A stretch of 64,000 nucleotides of DNA from Podarcis vaucheri. Its lineage: Eukaryota. The notes beneath the pieces were generated by a model. That model searched no databases and was not told the DNA's origin. It was given only the letters and a program-made list of their open reading frames with translations. Each line of letters starts with the position of its first letter. Within the stretch, counting starts at the first letter, position 1. Shown here piece after piece: positions 35,591 through 47,705 of this stretch. A program made the position numbers and the translations under genes. The stretch lies in the NCBI GenBank assembly GCA_965113315.1, contig OZ220372.1. One strand, given 5' to 3'.

Positions 35591-37648
35591 ACCTGCATTA
35601 TTGAAATAAAGTAAATACCCAAGTATTTGGATTTGGAAAGTGGGGGGGGGGGAGCAAACATATGGATGGTGTCCCAGTGGCTTAAATGGCAGCTCCAACC
35701 TTCAGGTGTTAAAGGCAGAACTCAAAGACTTGAGACTCAGGTCCAGTGTCAAATACTTCATCTCCATCACTCAGCTGCTCTGAAACCCTGGCCCAACCAA
35801 GGTTGGAATTCCAAGCTTGGAATGGCCAAAAGCAGAAGTATTGGCATTCTGGAAAGTGCCTTGGATTCAAAGGATCCTAAGCTGTCCTGGTCTCTTGAGG
35901 GGAAATGTAGACATGCTTCTGAAGTTAAAATATCCAGGGCTCCTGAAATATGATCTAGTTTTAGTAAAAGGGTTGCCAACCTTTCTGGGCCAGTGGGTAC
36001 ATTTGGAATTCTGAGAAAGTGCTGTGGGTGCCAGTCAAAAGGCGACTGCTGTGGGGGGTGGGGCATGGCATAACACAAAATGGCTGTTAACTTCTAAAAG
36101 AAGAGAAAGTGAAAGGACCACAAAATGGAGCAGGCACCCCCCTCCATCAATGGGGAGAACAGACTTACATCAACCGCCACCAAAAGCAGAGAGAGAGAGA
36201 GAGAGAGAGATACAAGCTAGGAAAAGTAAACAATCTTTTAAATCAACCAACCTGTCCAATGATAATTAGCAGGTCTATCATGACCTCTGCATTGATTATA
36301 AGCTATTACAATTTTGGACAATTCTGCCCAATTATCTTGTAATTTTGACTGTGTTCTGTAAAAAAAAAAAAGGGAAGGGGGAGAAAAAGATACAATATGT
36401 TGGTTTTTATTAACCTAAGCATTTCCCATTCTGTAAAGAACCAACCACAATTCTTTCTGCAACCAAACGATTGCTGCTAATAATTTAACTAACCTATAAA
36501 ACAGCACTCCCAAGTTCAATTTATGCCTTTTGGGTAGAATTAGACAAATATATTTGAGTTCCATTGGATGACTGGGAAAAGAAGCTGTTGTTCTTGGTAC
36601 CATTACTGCTTGGTTGCTTTGAGTTGGACCAATGCAGGCTAGGGAAGTCCAATGGCAGGTTCAGATGAATCAATCAAAACCTCTGAGGCTTGTGCAAGTT
36701 GCCAACTAAATTGAATAAAACCAGAAAGATCTGAAAAGTGAGTTGTGCACCCAGTTATTGAGTCCGTTTCATTATCACGTGACCAGGGACACCATAAATC
36801 CCAATATGATGTGAGGTTAGGGGCTGCCCTTAACTCAACATTAAAGCACTTACTTGGAAGACATTACATCCCAGGTTTAATCCTTGACATTGCCTGTTGA
36901 AAAGGATGGGAGGAGCATCTACTGAATGTCAAAGAGTCACCACCAGCAAGAGTAGACAACACTGGAACAAATGGGCCCGTGGTCTGATGGTGTAAGCCAG
37001 AGTCATATGATGTAATTGCTTCCAAACCGGCTATGACTGAATTAAATATGTGTTTACAAACTGACAAATGGCAACAGTAACAACTAAACTGCACTTGTTA
37101 TTTTTAAGAACACAAGTTCTTTATTAATCGAATGTACATGCATACTGTACATGTGGTAAGCTACAAGAATGACCCTGTGAAAGTGTTTTGCTGTGGTAAG
37201 GTGTGTAATGTGATTGTGCTCTATTAACATTTCCATGCAGATTAAAATATGTATGTGTTGTCTTCTGTCAGTTGCAAGTTGGGGGGGTGTGTGTGTGACA
37301 AAAATCACTCTCCCAAGTAAGTCAAAGACCCTTTTCATATAACTGCAAGTTGAATGGTGACAAAACTGAGTTTAGGCAGTCACCACCAATACCAGGGGCT
37401 GGGCCCATGTGTCAGAGCATTTTGGCACACATGTTAATGATCTGACTTTACCCTTCCTAGGGTAAAGAGCTGCTCATTTTGGATACAAATACTTTAGTGA
37501 ACCTGTTAAAAGTTTGGTCCCCATGTGGGTCACCTCTGTGAGGATGAAACACACGAGTCATCACATGGTGAGAGAGCAATTGGAACGGGCTTGTAATTTC
37601 AGCTAATACTGACAAATCTCTTTATTTCTTTTTCTTTTTTGCCTACAG

Positions 37649-37765
37649 GAGGATGCATCAGACTGTGGTGGGGTCTCTGGATTGAGCCCATCACTATGGT
37701 CTATGGTAGGAATTCAGCTTATCCTGCTCTGGCTGTTATCTGGCAGCAGACACTGCCAGTTATGA
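37649..37765 (+). CDS. CACNA2D1-like: terminal coding exon: EDASDCGGVSGLSPSLWSMVGIQLILLWLLSGSRHCQL* (GPI-anchor/hydrophobic C-terminus)
   Basis: long T tract then ctacag acceptor; TGA at 37763-37765; homologous to EDYTDCGGVSGLNPSLWYIIGIQFLLLWLVSG. Confidence 0.96.
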   Translation, partial: EDASDCGGVSGLSPSLWSMVGIQLILLWLLSGSRHCQL

Positions 37766-38996
37766 CCCTGTTAAAACCAAAACCTGCGTAATAAATCAAG
37801 ATCCTGCCAAAATGTTAGCCCACCATTTCATTTGGAAAAGGAGGGTCCGTCTGCTCAGACCGCAGATCAATGGCAATGCCCATTACTTGATATATTCTTT
37901 GGGAAAGACTCTGAAGGCACCCATCGTGACTGCATGTTGGCGTGTCAGATCTGTAAACGTGTGTGAATGCTGCATCATCTAGGCCATTGGAACTGAATTC
38001 TCTATGTGCTTTATTGAAGAATTGCGGTTTCTGTGCTTTTGAAGACTTTTCTGTAAAAAGGGCTCCCCTTTAAAAGGTGATGACATGGTTTCGGTTAATT
38101 TGACCTGAGTTTTCAATTGGTTGCACTCTTTTTTCTTTAACATGAATGCTTTGTAAGGGGGAGAAGGAAACCCGGCCATTTCCTTAGCACTCTTATTTAG
38201 TGTACTGATGTTTTAATGTCTGCTTTCAATATCACTTGTGTCCAGAATGCAAAATAGACTTTGATCCAGAGTTGTTTCAGACTGGCTAGACCTCTACAGA
38301 GATTCAACATGACTTAAAATGCCTTATGATGAATGATTTCCCCCAGCCAAAATTGGTCTAAAAGGGTGGCCAGGTTGAGTAGGTTCATGAAATGAATACA
38401 ATTTTTTAAAAGGCAAAAATGAAACAACATAATGTCTAAGTAGAAGGGTTATTGAGAATGTCATCCTTCGGCAGAAAATGTGGTTTTCATCCCAAATTTG
38501 GTGTCCATTTCCTCATTGCACAGTTGTTGATGTCCACATCAAGGTTCCTGTTCTCAGAACAATGACTTACTGCTAGCCAAGTCCTCCAAAATGTTCAGAC
38601 ACAAAGTTTGTGAATAAAAATGTCTTCGTGAATATTGAACGTTGGTTTCCAAGGGTATTTTGCATGATGTTGAAGCTGCTCCTTTTGCTGTTTCTTTCAG
38701 TTTGGTTTGTTTCCTTTATTCTTTTGATGGTAGAGTATAGGTTTTGGGATTTTTTGTTTTTGTTTTTTTGAAAAGGTAACTGGGTGATTCTTTTGTTGTG
38801 TGAGAAACCAAATATTGCAATGTGATGCAATTTGATCTTAAGTTATATATTGTTAAACAGATATCTGAATATACTGTGCAATGTAAAAGTGGAAAGGGGG
38901 TATGGTACGTTTATCTGTCTGCACAAATAAGGAAAAGATGGGTTTTATGCAGGTGAAAACACCTAAAATTCTATCTACAGGTGTTTTAAATAATGA

Positions 38997-39827
38997 CCGC
39001 TCCCCGCATAAAATGGGGGGCGCCCTTTGCGTGGACGTGCGCAGCCCCTGGATCTGGAGCGGCCCCAACAGCATAGGCTTGGCTTTGCCTTCCCTCAGGT
39101 GGGATACCTGGAAGTCTCCGCCTACCCCAGTCAGTTGTCCAATCCCACCTGGGGGAAGCGTTGCCAAGGAGATCAGGCCAGGTGGGGGAGGGATTACCTG
39201 CCCACACAATAGAGGGAGGATCTTACCTGGGAATCCTCACTTGGCTCCAGAGCTTCTCCCACCCTACCCATCCTCAGTTAACATCTTATTTTGCAGGTTA
39301 ACTTTTCTTCACAGGTATGCGGATGCTGCTACGTTAAGGTCGCTGTCAAAGGGCCGGAAACGAATTTCCCTGCATTGGCAGGTTTCGCCTTTCCCGTAGC
39401 AAAATGTCACAACTTTGGCAGTATCAGGCCTTGGGCGGAATCCTTTTGTTCTTCTTCCTCTTGCAGCGGCGATACCAGGGTTCCCCGTTAAAGGGGTTTC
39501 TGAAGGGAGGCTTTGACCGTACGGCGAAAGGTCGTCATTGCTCTCCCCTGCGGTGGTGGCGTAACGGGGGCGGCTATCTCTGCTTGAACATATGTTCTCC
39601 AGAGCCGGCCCATCCCCCCCACACACACTGGATAACCCTGATGCTCCCTAGGTCCCCGGCTGGGGACTGGGGAGGGAGAACGCCCAATGCCTGAGCCAAG
39701 GTCTACCCACATTTGAAATTTAATAAAGTTGTGGCCAATTTAATCCCATAGCACGTTGTCTTGAGTCATTATTCCACATGACGGGGGGGGGGGCGCTCAG
39801 GATCTGGGGACTCCGCCTGTCCACGCA
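38997..39827 (+). mobile_element. GC/CpG-rich terminal-repeat-like element (solo LTR or DIRS/Ngaro-type repeat) in the 3' UTR region
   Basis: sharp GC shift; AATGA on both flanks; AATAAA at 39722; 41-nt imperfect inverted repeats at 39026-39066 and 39789-39829. Confidence 0.7.
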
Positions 39828-40861
39828 AATGAAATCAAATTACAGGCATTTAGTTTTGAAGAGCATGTATGCTCAGATTTGTATCTGGTAGATTCTTGTT
39901 TGTTTCCATTGCAGTTAGTATCTACCTATTAGTACCTACAAAGCATTCACCTTTTTATTATTTTACAGTTAAAATGTGCTGAATTCAACTAAAACTGTGC
40001 TGGATTTTACTAAAACAGTAGCAAAACCTGAACAAATGGGGAGCCTTGAATCTGTATGTATGTTCAATGATACTTGATTGTCAATAATAAAAAATACTGT
40101 TTTTATACAAACCTGGTGATGAATCGGATAGGTGAAGGAAAATAACAGTAAAGAATATTGTAGATGCAGGATAAAATATGTTCTCACCCTCATATATTTC
40201 AGAACTAACCAGTATTTCAAGACAGCTAAACCAATGAATGTTTAACTTTACTGATATTGTAGAAATCTGCTAACAGCTGCAGTGTGCTATTTACTTTGTA
40301 TAAGAAACCCCACTTTTTATTTTAAAAAAATGTAATATAATAGTGCTGTTAAATGGCTCTCATCTAATGTTGAGTCCAAACTTCTATGAAAATTATTGAG
40401 AATGCATTCATATGCAATGACAGTTTTTTAAAAAGAACAACAACATTCAATCCATATTTATATATGGATTTAAAGTTTCTGGTTTTAGTCTTGTCCAACA
40501 TTGAATTATTTTCTTCTTAAGTACCCTTGCTTCTAGCTTTACTATGAAAATCAGAGGTTATAGAAGAGCAACATTATGAGCACAGTTCTTTAACAGCTTG
40601 TTTGTAAAGTCATGTGGTAAATAAAAGAACAGTTTCAATGGATTTGTAGGAGGCAGTTGTGTAATCCCAAGGAAACATGAAAATGGTGGAAAGAAAATAA
40701 CTCAGGAGAGTCTCATTCTGCTGCACTTTTGTTGCCTTTACCCAATTATCATCAGAGCCAGAATGATTAGCTTATCTCAACTAATATTCTCTTTATGAAG
40801 AAGACACTCACGAGGCAGGAAAGTTTGTTTGGCAAGTATTTATTTGCATCTTAGTTTCAAA

Positions 40862-40895
<34 letters not shown>

Positions 40896-42548
40896 AACAG
40901 GTGGCAGTTAAGTATTGTGTTTTCATTATTATTTTTCTGAAATATATTAGGAGTAAAATTGCAACGTTGTTGGAGTGAATTCGACTTCATCTTGCTAGGA
41001 GCTGATTGTGCCTTGGATGGTTAGACCAGTGGGGAGAGCTGCATCTTATGAATTCCTCTGCTGGATCAGGCCATTTGTCCACCTGCTTCAGCATTCTGCC
41101 TAACAATGGCTGGGCACAGGTGTTTAAGAGAACTTGACCAGAGCAGGAGGGATACACCAATCCCTCTTCTTAATTCCCAAGATTTTAGTAGTGAAAATCA
41201 TCTCAGCCCAGCATCGGAAAGTCCCCTAAAAGAGCTCACAAAGAAATCCCCTATTTAGGTACAATCTCTTAGGGTGCTGAGACAATTGGCTGGGATAACA
41301 TCAGCATGAAGAAGCTCATGAATTTAAAAATGGTGCAGAAGGAGCCACCAGCTGGCCAGCAGACAGCTGTCAAAAAAAGGCAAAAGAGAGAGTGGCCTTA
41401 AAAAGAGAGAGAGAGAGAGGATTTAGTGCATTTCATAACATCCCACAAGCACTATGTTGACACAAACAAGGGTTCGCATATGAACATTAGATGCAGCCCT
41501 AGTGAATATAGAGGGCCATTTATCAAGTGATAAGTATAGCACAAGTATAGCATGACAGTAAGCACTGGTAAGACAATTGGTAAATGTAACTGTGTTAAGT
41601 ATAGAGAAGAAGGTTGTGTTTACACTGGCAGTTTATTCTGGAATTCAGTGTTCACTCACTTTTTATGGTAGATCCAGATGTTCACTATCAGCCCCTTGCA
41701 TTCTGGTATTTCTGTATTATTCTCCCACCTTTTTTCAGTCCTGCTTTAGGGCAAACATTTTTATTACTTCAAGCATACATGCAACGTCAGCAGCTAGTGT
41801 GGACCAACAAAACACTACGGAGGTATTTCAGGGCTACTGTGACTTTCATTAGAAGCCACAACATCCTGCTGGTACTGCCTCTAACTGTTTCCTGTTCAGT
41901 AAAATGGGGACATTCATTGTTCCTTAATCAATCACCTCTTGTTCCCTGCAAGGGGGACAGATTAATCAGTGGCTTTCTCTCATTATTCTTATCTTTTAAA
42001 ATTACACAATAAAGAAGAAAATGAATGAAAGAAACTACTTGTAAACTTGCTGAACTAATTGAAGAGAAATCCATCAGTAATGCCATGGCTTCACTGAACA
42101 GGAATCAAGTAGAGGCAGAAGCTTCTAACTAATGCTGCAGGGGACGTCTGCTGAGAGGGATCTTAGTCATGGAAATGGGTCTTGGAGGATAATCTAGTGA
42201 TGGCATTTCTAGCGGAAAAGGAAGGTTTCAGTGGCTGTGGAAGCAGCTAACAATTTTTAACTGATCAGAAACCTGTTGCAAATTCTCTTTACTGTTTGTT
42301 AAGATGATCCCGGCAACTGGCTTGCTTGCACAGTGCTTAAATGTAATTTGCTTCATACTCGGTGGAGAATAGGAGAATCCTGACAAACATATCTGAGAAA
42401 TTAGAATAGAAGAACTGATAGTTACACAAACAGGAGCAAGCACCTTCTTACTGCCAAACACATTCACATGTGTACATAGTCCAGGAAAGAGCTAGTTCTT
42501 AATTTGTATTAAAACAATGTTTAAAAGAATGTCCACTATGTCTTAGAG

Positions 42549-42800
42549 CAGGGGTCAGCAAACTTTTTCAGCAGGGGGCCGGTCCACTGTCCCTCAGTCC
42601 TTGGGGTGCCTGGACTATATTTTGGAAAAAATAATAATGAACAAATTCCTGTGCCCCAGAAATAACCCAGAGATGCATTTTAAATAAAAGGACACATTCT
42701 ACTCATGAAAAAACAAGCTGATTCCCGGACCGTCCACGGGCCGGATTGAGAAGGCGATTGGGCCGGATGCGGCCCCCGTGCCTTAGTTTGCCTACCCATG
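42549..42800. mobile_element. hAT-family MITE (same family as 2807-3063)
   Basis: same termini; TSD tcttagag/tcttagcc. Confidence 0.88.
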
Positions 42801-43354
42801 TCTTAGCCTTAGAGGCGCATCAATGGCCTTCTGTTAGTGAAGTCCCTCTAGCCTATCAAAGCTTTTCTCCCTAGTAGCCTTGTGTGGCTCTCATGTGACC
42901 ACACAGCCAAGGGCCAGTCAGCCCAGCTGGAAAGAGGGCAGCAGCTCAGCTGTCTGGGTGAGGCCTGTTTCCTTTGTCACTTATTGTAACGCTCCTGGCA
43001 AACTAACACGTAGTTTGACATCAGTGGGGAAAAAGCAAAGCTTTCACTTTGGCCCTACGTATTATTCATAACGTTCAGTTACTGGATTTTGTCTGGTGGT
43101 TTGCAGAAAACTTTTTCTTTTTTGCTGATAGTGTGCAAATAGTATCCAGTTGTTTGATGTTTAAACAATGCCGTGTGTGTGTGTGTGTGTGTGAGACACA
43201 CATACATATTAAGGGGGGAACTTGCCATGACATTGTGAATGTCTCTCACAGTATGAATAGTGGAAGGACAGGTCTTAGAAATAATTTATGTGCTAAAAGA
43301 GAGTAACTTGCAAATCGTCCTTGCAGCCTCTCCTCCAAGACTTGGCTATTGCGC

Positions 43355-43459
43355 GCTGGTCTTGCTCTGCGGCTTCTCATGGGCATCTGTTTGGCCACTG
43401 TGAGACTAGGATACTGGACTAGATGGGCCTGATCCAGCCAGCTCTTCTTATGTTCTTAA
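43355..43459 (+). mobile_element. CR1-like 3' tail (cttatgttctta type)
   Basis: ggccactgtgaga...ctggactagatgggcc...tgatccagc...cttcttatgttctta. Confidence 0.65.
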
Positions 43460-44197
43460 CAATCCCTTTTCATAGTCATTGGCTTGGGAAGCACAGGTTA
43501 TAAAAATATATATTGTAAAAGCGGAAAATGAAAAAGTTTATATAGGTTTGAAAATGTTTAGCTGTACCAAGGGATATGGAGAAGCTCTTTGAACTGTTTT
43601 CATTTCTGCAGTAGCCATGAAGCCCCTCTGCATTAACCAACAACAAGTGAGTCAAGGCATTCTAGTTTTGCCCTTTTTTAAAAAAGGAAAAGCGAGAGCA
43701 GCTCGCAGATCGAGTGGTTTAGCTGCTCCCCCCCCCCTGCACCCCCATTAGAACAACCAGCAATACTGCCAAAACACGGAGTGTGGCCCATATTTGTACC
43801 AGGTTTTCAACATGACATATACTTCACGGGTTTGACTGAGGAATATATTTTTTTTTTTAGGTCTTGTACCTTTAAAGACTTTAGTATGATCTCTTTATGT
43901 GTTTCTAATGCGTGAGGCTTTATTGCTTAAACTTGACAAGGAAAACAGTGTTGCTGCCATTTGTAAGTTTTCGTATACTATTCCTTTTACTGACTTTAAG
44001 CACTGGCCTTACTGCATTCAAATAGGCAGTATCCCGTTTTTAAGTGACCTTTGCAACCCAAGTGTTACTTGCTGTTTTAAACTTTGCAGTATCTTTGAAA
44101 GGACATGGAGATCTCTCATTCCATTCTGCATTGAAGCTTAGAAAAAGTAGGCTCAGCTTGAATGTTTCCAGAAGTCTGCTTTTACATGTTACTTATA

Positions 44198-44427
44198 CAG
44201 TGGTGCCCCGCAAGACGAATGCCTCGCAAGACAAAAAACTCGCTAGACGAAAGGTTTTTTCATTCGCGATTTGCCTCGCAAGACGAATTCCCCTATGGGC
44301 TTGCTTCGCAAGACGAAAACGTCTTGCGACTTTGTTAAACCGTTTAAACCGTGCTTCGCAAGAAGAAAAATTCGTTAGACGGCAAAAATTGCGGAACGAA
44401 TTAATTTCGTCTTGCGGGGCACCACTG
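44198..44427. mobile_element. Tc1/mariner-type MITE, short form
   Basis: TIR CAGTGGTGCCCCGCAAGACGAA, TA flanks. Confidence 0.9.
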
Positions 44428-45659
44428 TACTTTAAAGGGGTGTGGAGATGCACTGCTGGCCTCACCCCAACATTGTGAGCATGATTAGCCGCACGCCTGA
44501 CATCCCTGTGTCTGCAGTAGGGAAACCTATACATGTAGCTCTCTGCACTCGAACTCTGATTGTACAGAGGTCTACTTGCATCAGATTCCCCACTGCAGTT
44601 GTCCACACTCAACCTGTGGGTCAGGCTAGTCAATGTGCACTAGGTCTGAGGCAGTGCCTGCATTTGGGTCCTGGACCCCTTAGATGGGCTGAGCCCACCT
44701 TGCACATAAATCACACGTGAATGCATCTCTTTTGGTGTTATTGCTGCTTCTCTGTGCTCAACTCCCATGTTGTGTCAGTACTTCCCACACTGGTGGGATT
44801 GCAAAACTGGTGTTTGGCAGTACCATCGTAATCCAGGCAATTCATCTGATCTGGAACTTCAGACATTATTAGTGGTGCAATGTGGAAGGTGACCACAGAG
44901 TGGTGACAAACAGGTAGAAAAGGAAATGTTTTAACTGAGCCATCTTGCAATGTCCAACCAAACTAGCACATCCAAAGAGTGATAACACCATTGCTCAGAG
45001 TCCTCTGTTGTATTTGAAATATCTCCACACACACACATGAGGCAACTGAATCACATGCTTAATATAAAGTTTACTGTGATCTCCAGACCTGTAACACTGG
45101 CCAAGGTTCTGGGTTGCTAGTTTGTTTTGTTTTCTTTCATACCACAATGTTAATATTGTTAATATCAGCTGTAGACTATTGTAAAAAAAAAAAAAAAAGC
45201 GTTCAAAAAGTGTCCAGAGTTTCAGAAGTTGGCTGCTGCCTGCTATCAGCAATTTGGTTATCTATCACTCTATGTGTTCTATAACACAGAAGTCACATCT
45301 TGGGAAAGTATTTATTTTGCTAAAAATAAAGTGCTGCCATCTCACTAAAATGCTAACTGGATTTGCAATTCAGATCTAACAAAGCTATCCAATTGTCTTA
45401 AGCTTTATGGGATATCATGCTTAGGGAGCTATTTTTATTGAAATGTTAAATATACAGTCTAGCAAAAAAAAAAAGATGGAGGGAAATGCTCTGAAGTGGA
45501 CAGATAGAACTTTTCTCCCTTTTATTGTGTTCTCTTGACACTTTTGTGAATTTGAGAAGCCTGGAATAAGGAACAAATGCAAAACATTTTGTAAAAATTT
45601 GTACAATACTGTTATAAAAAATTTATAATCCTGAAAATTGTTGTGTTTAATTATTGTGG

Positions 45660-45730
45660 AATAAACAGTATATTCAGAATAAAAGTTTATCATTTGAAAT
45701 CAAGTACTGTTCTTGTGTTACTTTTTAAAA
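45660..45730 (+). terminator. candidate distal polyadenylation site
   Basis: AATAAA at 45660-45665 and 45678-45683, upstream TGTA motifs, downstream tgttcttgtgttacttttt. Confidence 0.45.
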
Positions 45731-47177
45731 AATGGGTCCAGTCAGCAGAGATAACGAATGGCCATTATCATTTTTATGAATAATTTCTACTCAGAATTCC
45801 TACACATTAAAATTGAAGTATCATATACACAAAGAGCACACAAAAAACTGACAAAAGCTGAGCAGGTTGAAAGTGTCCCCAAACATTTTTAGCCGTGGTG
45901 TCGGTGTGGGTGCCCTTCCTCTGGATCCATCTCCTTATGCCCCCAGCACCTATCAGGAAGGGGCCCTCAGGTAATGATTCCCTCGCCGGGGCCCCAGTGG
46001 AGCCTCTGCTGTCCTGCAACACTGCCGCGCCAAAAGGGATGAGTGGGCTTGTTGTCTTATAATGGCAATGGTGTCTACCTGATAGGTGCCAGAACTGAGT
46101 TCCAGCTGGAAAATGAAAGTTGTGAATGGTCATATCTACAGTGCAATCAGAAGTACCTTCCAGAGAAGATTGGACTGAGTCTATATTGCAGGAGACTTAA
46201 TCAGATTCCAAATTGTGGGAATCCTGGAATTATGTGGCCATTTTGTGGCGGGGGGGGGGCAGGGAATATACTGAAATTGAGCTTATTCCATTGGGCATCA
46301 AGAAGAGGCTCCAGGATGCAGTCAGGCTTGGCTGCCCATGTGCTGATAATATACTGCTACTGAGTCCTATACTCTTCCCTTTCTTTTCTGCCCGATCAGA
46401 CGTCTTAAAAAAATGTTTTCGTTAATTTTTGGAAAGGCAAAAACAAACAAGATCAGACATTAAAGTGTGAGAGAGGCACAAAACTGAAGCTGACCTCATG
46501 TATTGAAGCACGTTTAGAGATTTATTTTTAATGTAAGATAGAGCTGTCAAAACATGTGCTGGGAACTGCTGCCGACCTTCCCTCCTGGCAGCTGAGTCTC
46601 TGCAAGCACACCCGAAGAGCCCCTCCAGCACGCTTCCTAGTGCATTTGCCAACCTTCCTGCCGCCTTGCCCCTCCTCTTCATCCTGGGAAGCAACAGCAG
46701 CGCTGGAGCTGTCAGGAGGTCAGGGGAGCCCACAGCTGCCACTACGCTGCCTGCTCCTGAGGGCTGCTCTCTGGTCCCTGTTCTCTGGCTCCAGCTCTGT
46801 GTCTTCTGCTTTCCCCAAGTTGAGTGAGGTGGGAAGCCTGTTCTCCCCTTTAGGTTTTCCCCTGCATAATCTAGATCCCTACATGAGCTTCTGAAGAGGG
46901 AAGCCTTCTCTATGCAGAGTCCCCTCCCCCACCTGTCCCTCTCATAAAACTGCCATCATGTGAGGCTTAAAACCTGACTGGAGCTGCAGAGAAAGAATGA
47001 ACAAGAACTATGATCTTATTAGGCCCAATTATTGCACGCCAGATGAGCACAGCGCCCCAACTTTTGCCTCTAAGCTTAATGCCACCTACCATAGGAGCCA
47101 ACTCCTAGAGGCAGAGGGATCTTCGCCCTCCCCCTAAAATATTTGAAGGGGCAGGGAGGCCCCTAGTTGATGCACAT

Positions 47178-47649
47178 TGCAGCTAGACTGGTGACTGGGG
47201 GCAGCCGCCGAGACCATATAACACCGGTCTTGAAAGACCTACATTGGCTCCCAGTACGTTTCCGAGCACAATTCAAACTGTTGGTGCTGACCTTTAAAGC
47301 CCTAAACGGCCTCGGTCCAGTATACCTGAAGGAGCGTCTCCAACCCCATCATTCTGCCCGGACGCTGAGGTCCATTGCCGAGGGCCTTCTGGCGGTTCCC
47401 TCATTGCAAGAAGCAAAGCTACAGGGAACCAGGCAGAGGGCCTTCTCAGTAGTGGCGCCCGCCCTGTGGAACGCCCTCCCACCAGATGTCAAAGTGATAA
47501 ACAACTACCTGACATTCAGAAGACATCTTAAGGCAGCCCTGTTCAGGGAAGTTTTTAACGTGTGATATTTTACTGTATTTTTGGTTTCTATGGAAGCCGC
47601 CCAGAGTGGCTGGGGAGGCCCAGCCAGATGGGCGGGGTATAAATAATAA

Positions 47650-47703
<54 letters not shown>
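47178..47703 (+). mobile_element. L2 LINE 3' fragment (ORF2 C-terminus plus (ATT)n tail), apparently inserted into an older element (~47090-47791)
   Basis: AARLVTG..RRDHITPVLKDLHWLPVRFRAQFK..VLTFKALNGLGP.YLKERL is a typical L2 ORF2 C-terminus. Confidence 0.92.

Positions 47704-47705
<2 letters not shown>

Larger units (their letters stand above)
1791..37765 (+). other. CACNA2D1-like: 3' half (17 coding exons) of a voltage-dependent calcium channel alpha-2/delta subunit gene, CACNA2D1-like paralogue; 5' exons lie upstream of the window
   Basis: Manually spliced GT-AG exons give one open frame from SLALVLPSYSFYYIKA to DCGGVSGLSPSLWSMVGIQLILLWLLSGSRHCQL*. It is colinear with the alpha2delta-1 C-terminal half, including the alpha2/delta cleavage region (PRFLSA|VEMEEEDF) and the GPI-type hydrophobic tail. 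Confidence 0.95.
37766..45700 (+). other. probable long 3' UTR with several alternative poly(A) signals
   Basis: AU/U-rich sequence after the stop; AATAAA at 37790, 38613, 39722 (inside a repeat), 40086 and a tandem pair at 45660/45678. The true end is uncertain. Confidence 0.45.
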
